From: an uncultured virus (IMG/VR IMGVR_UViG_3300020564_000003)
Taxonomy: Duplodnaviria; Heunggongvirae; Uroviricota; Caudoviricetes
Reading direction: 5' to 3' (one strand)
Length of the DNA: 33,328 nt
IMG/VR virus record: IMGVR_UViG_3300020564_000003
The translations under genes and the position numbers were made by a program. The notes under the pieces are model-generated. The model saw nothing but the letters and a program-made list of their open reading frames with translations. It ran no database searches and was not told the origin of the DNA. Of the stretch, positions 27,245 through 33,328 are shown in pieces; the stretch's first letter is position 1; the number at the start of each line of letters is the position of its first letter.

Positions 27245-29233
27245 TTAAGCATTAACTAGATTGCGTGCGATTGCCATACGCACTAACTCTTTGCCAAGTG
27301 TGAGAATGTCTTTTGCGCTTTGTATTGAAGTCATTAACTCAAAACTATGGCGGTAGTTATCTAAGTCTTCTGCGGTGTGTTGGTAGTGCGAGATAAGTGC
27401 CTGACAAGTAAGAACACCTGCGTTCTTCATCTCACTTACTGCTTTCTCGCCTTCATCTGTATTCCACGCGCCGTCAGTAATCATAAACAAAACCTTTATT
27501 GCTTTATCACTTTCAGCGAGAACACGCTTCGCATAAAGTAATCCGCTTTCAGGATTTGTTCCGCCGTCAGCACCAGCGTCACGAATTGTTGTACCTGCTT
27601 TTTCATCAGCACCATAAAGAAGATTGGTGCGACTATCAAAAGTAACAACAGTTGTTCGTGCTTCTACTCGTTCAAGTGCCTTCTTGATTGCCCACATAGA
27701 CTTGTAAGCGTTGTCAGCATTACGACCACTCATTGACCCACTTCGGTCTAAAAGAATAACCGCTTCAATACTTACAACATCATCACGACCCTCACTCCAT
27801 TCATCAAACACAGTATCTAATTCGTCACCGCGTAAGTAACGACCTGCGTTTAACTTTCCTGAACGCTCACCATTTAACCAAGCAGGGTCATACTCTGCTT
27901 GTAAGCGTTCAAGTTCAACACCAAACTTCTTTGCGAGCAAAGTAAGTTCGTCAGGAATACGCACTTCGTTGTATTGCGCTTTGTCAGGTGTCTTAGCGTT
28001 GCCACCAACAAGTTCTGTATCAACACCGAGTTGCTTTGCTATGTCGTTGATACCTTTACTAACTTCTTTAACAACATCAGAAAGAATGTCGCTAAGTAAA
28101 TCAGTTACTTGCTTGTTGCTACCTGTTCTACCTGCTTCTTTGCCGATACCCTTGCCACCTTCTTTTGGTGTTGTTGGTTCAACATCAACATCATCAAAAT
28201 CATCAAAGTCAAAATCAAAATCATCATCAAAAGAATTATCTTTTGGTTGTGATTGTGATTGTGATTGTGATTGTGATTGTGATTGTGATTGTGGTTGTGA
28301 TTGTGAATTAGTGTCTGCGGATTTTGTCCCCTCGGACACATCTTCTTTTGGTGTTGTATCTATAACTACTTCAACAACATTCTTTTGTGCGTTCTTCTTA
28401 GCACGCTCTTGTTCTTCTTTAGTCGCAGGGCGTACAGAAGAAGACTCATAGCCTTGTGTTGGTCTGCCTTCGTGTCCGTTAGGGTTCTTGATACGGATAG
28501 TAATTGTTGTGCCTTCACCTTCACCGCTTTGTGGTGATTGTGGAAGGGCAGGTAACTCACTAAGTAGTTCAGCAAACTTCTTAATAAGATTGAAACCAAC
28601 TTCAACATTCTCATTACCAACAAAAGTTAGTGAGATGTATTGGTCAATAACATCTGCGAGTTCTTGTTGTAGTTCAGGCTTTATGAAGTTGTCACTTGCT
28701 AGTTGTCGCAACTCAACAGGTAAATACTTGCGACCATACACAAGTGGGAACGCACGACTAATTGCTTGTTCATCAGCAAGTAAGTAATCGCACATAGTTG
28801 CGACAAGCCACGCTTTTGTAGAAGGCAACCAACCAGTTAGAAGTAACTCAATGCGTGAGTCTTCTAAACAATTAAAGGCTTCCCACAATTCGTTCTGTTG
28901 TTGTTCATCTTTAATAAGTTGAACAAGGCGTGAGCCGTTGCGTGGAGTAAATCGCAAGTGTGCTAATTCGTGGAACGCGAGTCCGTTGTAACTAGCGATT
29001 GCGTTCGGTGTGAAGTCATCTTTGATGTGAGCAACATTCAACCAAACTTCTTTTGTTGATGAATACGCAGGTGCGCCAATGTCTTTTCTATCAACAACAT
29101 TCACACTAATTTTGTGAGTTGTTAATACTGAAAGTGTTTTGCTAAAGACACTTGCTAACGCACCAACACGCTTGCGCTTTAGTGCTTCTTTCTTTTCTGC
29201 TTCTGCTTGTTGTTCTATAAAGAAGGTACTCAT
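27245..29233 (-). CDS. CobT-like VWA-domain protein with HExxH N-terminal domain
   Basis: FHELAH, N.LED.RIE, acidic linker, MIDAS DRSGSM, GGT, ITDG. Confidence 0.88.
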   Translation of the reverse strand: MSTFFIEQQAEAEKKEALKRKRVGALASVFSKTLSVLTTHKISVNVVDRKDIGAPAYSSTKEVWLNVAHIKDDFTPNAIASYNGLAFHELAHLRFTPRNGSRLVQLIKDEQQQNELWEAFNCLEDSRIELLLTGWLPSTKAWLVATMCDYLLADEQAISRAFPLVYGRKYLPVELRQLASDNFIKPELQQELADVIDQYISLTFVGNENVEVGFNLIKKFAELLSELPALPQSPQSGEGEGTTITIRIKNPNGHEGRPTQGYESSSVRPATKEEQERAKKNAQKNVVEVVIDTTPKEDVSEGTKSADTNSQSQPQSQSQSQSQSQSQSQPKDNSFDDDFDFDFDDFDDVDVEPTTPKEGGKGIGKEAGRTGSNKQVTDLLSDILSDVVKEVSKGINDIAKQLGVDTELVGGNAKTPDKAQYNEVRIPDELTLLAKKFGVELERLQAEYDPAWLNGERSGKLNAGRYLRGDELDTVFDEWSEGRDDVVSIEAVILLDRSGSMSGRNADNAYKSMWAIKKALERVEARTTVVTFDSRTNLLYGADEKAGTTIRDAGADGGTNPESGLLYAKRVLAESDKAIKVLFMITDGAWNTDEGEKAVSEMKNAGVLTCQALISHYQHTAEDLDNYRHSFELMTSIQSAKDILTLGKELVRMAIARNLVNA
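28247..28306. repeat. (TTGTGA)x10 hexamer microsatellite encoding an (SQ)n linker
   Basis: Nine perfect units and one TTGTGG. Confidence 0.95.
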
Positions 29234-30588
29234 TACTCACTCACCTTTCCGATAAGTTCTAGTTCCAAGTTGTGTCGTTGAGAGTCCAAAAGAAGTTTCA
29301 CACTAGAGCGTTCATCTTCTCTGAAGTTATTAACAAAGTTATCAACCGCAAAGTCATAACTTAGGTTCTGTGCTAAATCAACAAACTGCTTTAGCAAACG
29401 AGTTGATACAGGGGTTTCATAAACACCTGCGATTGTGTCGGCACGCATTGACTTCGCAAGTTCCAACAAAGTGTTAGAAGGAATAAACTTCTTTTCAATG
29501 TCGGTGTCGTACTCAAAGTTCAACTTAATCCAAAAGCGGTCAGCGAACGCTTCGTTAAACTTAGAAGTACCTTTGTAGCCGTCGTTGTAACACATAGCGA
29601 TAAGTAAGTTTTCATTCGCCGTAATTACTTCGCCGTCGTGTTCTAGCAAAGTTAAAACTCTGCGGTCGTCAAGCACTCCGTGAAGAACGCTTGCGATTTT
29701 TTGTGGAAGAAAGTTCGCTTCGTCAATTACTAACACGCCACCATTACGAAAGAAGTGTGTAAATAATCCGTCACGCCATACCAACTTACCTTCTTCATTT
29801 GGAACATAGCGACCAAAGAATTGTGAAGGCTCTACACCTGCGTTACAACTCATTGAACCAAACTCCAAACCATTCTTTGCGGAGAATGTCATTAAAGAAG
29901 TTGTCTTACCTGTACCTGCGTGACCTTGAATAGATACATTCTTCTTTGACTTCAATGCGTATGTATAAAGTTGGTCTTCACTTAATCCACCAGCAAACTT
30001 GCGTGGCACATAAGTTCTTACCGCTTCACTTGTTAAAGAAGGTACGAACGCAAGTGTGCGTTCGTTGTCGTTGCGTTCTACTTTGTTAATCACTATCGCT
30101 TCGTTAGCGATTGGATTTATTGTGTTGCGTACTGTCACAGGCTTTGTCCCCTCGGTCTTAGTTGTTGCGTGCTTATCGCTTCTGCCGTCAGAGCGATACT
30201 TACTTAGTAGTGTTGGGTCTTGTTCAATTAGTAACTGAACCTCATCAACAACACTTTGGATAGTGCGTGTTGTATCTATTGTTAGATTGCGTAAGCGATA
30301 CTGCTTTGTGAGTTTCTGTATTAGAACATTTGGTATCTCGTTGTTGTTAAGTGCTACTACATCAACGCTTGTCAATGGTGTTGATAACACTTCACCAATT
30401 AAGTTGTAATCAAGTGTGCCGATTGAGTTGTGTTCATCTAACTCTCGCGCACTCCAAGAATTACTTTCGCCACGACCACCATTTGTAACTCTCATAAAGG
30501 TATGAGTGTTGCCGTTATGACTTGCGATAATTACTTGCTTTGTAGTTGTTGGATTAACTTGCCCTGAGATTAGAATTGCGTATGTCAT
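29233..30588 (-). CDS. MoxR/CobS-like AAA+ ATPase
   Basis: Walker A GHAGTGKT, Walker B LVIDEAN, N.GY.G...NEAFADRF, STR; coupled to the VWA gene. Confidence 0.9.
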   Translation of the reverse strand: MTYAILISGQVNPTTTKQVIIASHNGNTHTFMRVTNGGRGESNSWSARELDEHNSIGTLDYNLIGEVLSTPLTSVDVVALNNNEIPNVLIQKLTKQYRLRNLTIDTTRTIQSVVDEVQLLIEQDPTLLSKYRSDGRSDKHATTKTEGTKPVTVRNTINPIANEAIVINKVERNDNERTLAFVPSLTSEAVRTYVPRKFAGGLSEDQLYTYALKSKKNVSIQGHAGTGKTTSLMTFSAKNGLEFGSMSCNAGVEPSQFFGRYVPNEEGKLVWRDGLFTHFFRNGGVLVIDEANFLPQKIASVLHGVLDDRRVLTLLEHDGEVITANENLLIAMCYNDGYKGTSKFNEAFADRFWIKLNFEYDTDIEKKFIPSNTLLELAKSMRADTIAGVYETPVSTRLLKQFVDLAQNLSYDFAVDNFVNNFREDERSSVKLLLDSQRHNLELELIGKVSE

Positions 30589-30612
30589 TTGGTTTTCCGT
30601 TTCTATTAGTTG

Positions 30613-30873
30613 TTAGTTGTTTATGTCGGTGTCTAGTTGGAACATCTCGTATAGCGATTTAACTTCATCAAACTTCTCACTAGCAGAACCGCACACATTG
30701 TCGGCTAGTAAAAGAAGTTTCTTTCTATCTACAATCTCACTTAGTAGTTGTAACCCTGCCGATAACACATCTTCTTTATCGTGTTCAGGATTTAAGAATT
30801 GAATTGCGATTAGCATTGAAGTAATTAGTTGTTCGTTGCTTGGGTGATTATCTTTAGTGATTTTTATTCGCAT
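30613..30873 (-). CDS. Hypothetical protein
   Basis: SD AAGGAG; 86 aa. Confidence 0.7.
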   Translation of the reverse strand: MRIKITKDNHPSNEQLITSMLIAIQFLNPEHDKEDVLSAGLQLLSEIVDRKKLLLLADNVCGSASEKFDEVKSLYEMFQLDTDINN

Positions 30874-31008
30874 TTATTTATTCTCCTTATCTAAACAAGT
30901 TGGACAAAAGAACACATACTTTCCAAGACGAGAACCCTTGTAGAAGTAAGGATTTAATTTACATACATCACACTTAGCGTTGATTGTTGCCATAGTTTCT
31001 TTCGCCAT
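30874..31008 (-). CDS. 44-aa Zn-ribbon protein (absent from the ORF track)
   Basis: MAKETMATINAKCDVCKLNPYFYKGSRLGKYVFFCPTCLDKENK; SD AAGGAG. Confidence 0.7.
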   Translation of the reverse strand: MAKETMATINAKCDVCKLNPYFYKGSRLGKYVFFCPTCLDKENK

Positions 31009-31122
31009 TTATTTATTCTCCTTTTTATTCAGTAACGATACGAGTTGGAAGTAAGAAGTAACATCTTCATCAAAAAGAATTGTCACGCCTTGTTCATCTA
31101 TTGTTGCGGTAGGTACTGACAT
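31009..31122 (-). CDS. 37-aa protein (absent from the ORF track)
   Basis: MSVPTATIDEQGVTILFDEDVTSYFQLVSLLNKKENK; SD AAGGA, abuts both neighbours. Confidence 0.65.
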   Translation of the reverse strand: MSVPTATIDEQGVTILFDEDVTSYFQLVSLLNKKENK

Positions 31123-31299
31123 TTATTTATTCCTTTCGTAGTAGAAGTCGCACATAAGCGCACTAGCGTCTATTGACCATTCACAACTATCAGTATCAAC
31201 AACTGCGTGATAGTTGTAAAAGAAGTTAATAACTACTGTAATAAATACACCGAAGATAAAACCAACAACTAAGTGACCGCGTTTATTTAAGTGTTTCAA
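31123..31299 (-). CDS. 58-aa membrane protein (absent from the ORF track)
   Basis: TTG start overlapping the upstream TGA, SD GGAG; TM segment LVVGFIFGVFITVVINFFY. Confidence 0.65.
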   Translation of the reverse strand: MKHLNKRGHLVVGFIFGVFITVVINFFYNYHAVVDTDSCEWSIDASALMCDFYYERNK

Positions 31300-31688
31300 T
31301 TTGTGATTACTCCAGTTCCGTTTAGTAGGTGAGTGATAACTGTTTCGTAGTGATTAACAAGTGAGTTGTAATCGTTGCGTGCGTTCGCACATTCAATGTC
31401 AAAAGAAGATTGAGAGAAACGATTAGCAGGTGTAGTGCGAATTGTTTTTGCGAACAAGTCACCGAAGATAGAACCGATTGACTTCTCAACAACAAAGTTG
31501 TTATCCAACTTCTCAAAAGAAACAACAGAAACATAAGTGCGATACACCTTGCGTTCTTTGTCGTGAATAGTTGTAACATTCACGCGAAACTTATCGTTGT
31601 ATGTAATCGTCATTTTGTTTTTGCGTGGTGTATGAGTGATTAGTGAAGTGTCGGTGATTACTGGTGCGATAGTTGTTGTTGTTGTCAT
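31296..31688 (-). CDS. Hypothetical protein, first gene of the leftward arm
   Basis: 130-aa ORF; leader nearly identical to that of the AAA gene. Confidence 0.7.
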   Translation of the reverse strand: MTTTTTIAPVITDTSLITHTPRKNKMTITYNDKFRVNVTTIHDKERKVYRTYVSVVSFEKLDNNFVVEKSIGSIFGDLFAKTIRTTPANRFSQSSFDIECANARNDYNSLVNHYETVITHLLNGTGVITN

Positions 31689-32956
31689 TTGTTATTCCGT
31701 TTCTATTAGTTGTTGTTTTGTATTTGTTATTAGTGAAGTGCGCAAGTGTTAATCGCACACCGCTATTCACTAACTGTTAATAACAATTAGTGAATAGCAG
31801 AATGTAATTAAAACATTTACAAGATAGAAACAATGTCACTCAGTAATAACCATTTGAGTTTGTCGCGGTAGCGTAGTTATTACATCATTCAATTTATAGT
31901 TTCTAGTTTATTTATCGTTCGCACACTAATTAGTGTTGTGTTATGCGTTAGCGTTTTTTATACACATACGATAGATAAATAATTTTCGTTAGCGAACAAC
32001 CAAAAGAAGTTATGTAATTTATTTTGTTTTACTAAATAACGAACACAATTCGTTGCGTACAAAATAAAAAAACAAAACTAACTTTTGTTTTTTCGCTAAC
32101 CGCCTGTCCCGCGAGGGAGAGCAACTTGCTGGCGCAAGCGTATAACGGATTGGGTCAAAGGCGCAAGTACCGCCCAAACTGAGCGTGAATTGAGCGTGAG
32201 TTCGTGTCGGAATAGGGGTTGCTGTCCGAGGATTGAACAGAGAGCAACCGCGCACCAAAAGAAGAACGCCAAAGTTATTTAGTGTTATTTATTTTCAGTA
32301 ATAACAAAAGAATAAATAAAAGAATAATAATTATCGTAGCGTGTATTCCAGTAACAACTGTCAAGTAATAAAAGAATAAACAAAAGAAGATTAGTAATAG
32401 TTATTTATTGTTAGTTGTTTCTTTAACTAATTGTTAGCAGATTACAAGTGCTAATAACTATTGCGAATGAGTGGGGGTTGAAGGGGGCGTAGCCCCCTTA
32501 TACAAAAGAACAATGAGTAGTAATAAATACATAAGAGAATAAGTAATAGATAGATACAACAATGAGTGTGATGAATGAATGTATTTACATAACTATTGAA
32601 TACATAACTTGTAATAACAATGTAAATAGTTAGTGATACACAATGTATTTAGTAAGTGATTAAGTACCTGATAACAACTTGTAAAGTTGGTGTTTAGTCT
32701 GGTGGTATCCGCACAAAGATTGCGATAAAAATAAGCAGTAGCCAATAGTTATTTTCACTTGCTATCAAAACTGCTATCAAACTATTTAATTACATTAGTT
32801 TTGTGCGGAGATAGAACAATAAATACTTCTTTAAGAAACAAGTTGTGAATGTAATCGTGATAAATAAAAATCTTTTGGTACAAAAGACCCCCACAGTTAA
32901 GCGTGTTTTACGCAGGGAACCCCCAGGGCTCAGACGCGGTTGAGGGGTACAGAGTG
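31689..32956. other. 1.27-kb AT-rich non-coding region between divergent units
   Basis: No credible ORF; several palindromes, hairpins and short direct repeats. Confidence 0.7.
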
Positions 32957-32980
32957 AGGCAGTAGCCGTAATATTGGCCT
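32957..32980 (+). promoter_or_regulatory. Putative leaderless promoter AGGCAGTAGCC-N-TANTAT, copy 1
   Basis: TAATAT lies 6 nt before ATG 32981, no SD; repeated at 33307. Confidence 0.6.
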
Positions 32981-33283
32981 ATGGCTAAGGAATATGCGCT
33001 AAATGGCTTTGCAGGCCTAGTGCACCAGCGTAAGAACCCACACTCTGGCACAAAAGTCAGTGTCTATCACTCCGAGCAAGCTGGTATGGACTCCAGTGAT
33101 GGAACCAAGTATTCGGCTGTATGTGAAGACCACGGCATGATTATGGGGGTCTCATCTATCTCCGCTGCTAAATCAGCTGCAATTGACTCCCCATCGTGGT
33201 GTGATGACTGTCGTGACGCAGAAACAGCTAAATTAAAAGGGCCAAGTAACCTCTCTGCAGAACAGTTTACCTCCCATACCTAA
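32981..33283 (+). CDS. Hypothetical protein with C..H / C..C motifs
   Basis: AVCEDHG...WCDDC; 100 aa. Confidence 0.75.
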   Translation: MAKEYALNGFAGLVHQRKNPHSGTKVSVYHSEQAGMDSSDGTKYSAVCEDHGMIMGVSSISAAKSAAIDSPSWCDDCRDAETAKLKGPSNLSAEQFTSHT

Positions 33284-33306
33284 TATTTTTTTATCCAGTA
33301 ACGACT

Positions 33307-33328
33307 AGGCAGTAGCCTTACTATTAGC
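33307..33328 (+). promoter_or_regulatory. Putative leaderless promoter, copy 2
   Basis: AGGCAGTAGCCTTACTATTAGC, 19/22 identical to 32957-32978. Confidence 0.55.

Larger units (their letters stand above)
20752..30155 (-). repeat. Dispersed 13-bp motif TTTGTCCCYKCGG, 7 copies in one orientation
   Basis: Copies start at 20752 (first base C), 20767, 22125, 24230, 26074, 28323, 30143. Confidence 0.9.

Noticed and set aside
27969..28451. Alternative-frame ORFs with (CD)n or (HN)n repeats
   Set aside because: Shadows of the hexamer microsatellite inside the VWA gene
32019..32258. 79-aa minus-strand ORF
   Set aside because: No SD and atypical composition; overlaps the structured GC island, better explained as non-coding
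32760..32781. TGCTATCAAA direct repeat as iterons
   Set aside because: Only two copies in AT-rich DNA; insufficient alone
33247..33270. LSxxQF peptide shared with ORF 12091 (NLSAEQF / WLSGTQF) as a targeting signal
   Set aside because: Only two instances in the window; needs the whole proteome to assess

Overview
A 33-kb piece of a dsDNA tailed-phage genome, probably infecting Actinobacteria (WhiB, Rpf/SLT-type muralytic enzyme, leaderless TANNNT promoters). No recognisable capsid, tail or terminase genes, tRNAs or CRISPR arrays. (1) 1-7.9 kb (+): replication/recombination genes (MerR-like HTH, gp32-like SSB, PolA, RecA, Hjc-like nuclease, WhiB, Cas4-like exonuclease, dNMP kinase, RuvC, SpoVS). 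(2) 7.9-18.8 kb (+): small basic/disordered ORFs, a GNAT-like ORF, a nucleotidyltransferase/HAD-like/degenerate TGT-like trio, and a class II ribonucleotide reductase. (3) 18.8-31.7 kb (-): transglycosylase, a tyrosine recombinase with an inserted Zn-finger and repeat, HNH nuclease, many small early-type genes and a MoxR-AAA/VWA pair. (4) 31.7-33.0 kb: AT-rich non-coding region with hairpins, then a new + strand unit. The strongest unexplained signal is in about 20.7-32.9 kb. It carries seven same-orientation copies of a GC-rich 13-mer (TTTGTCCCYKCGG), mostly spaced about 2 kb apart, and by eye it lacks several 4-bp palindromes that are common on both sides. All calls come from reading motifs by eye; no database search was run.
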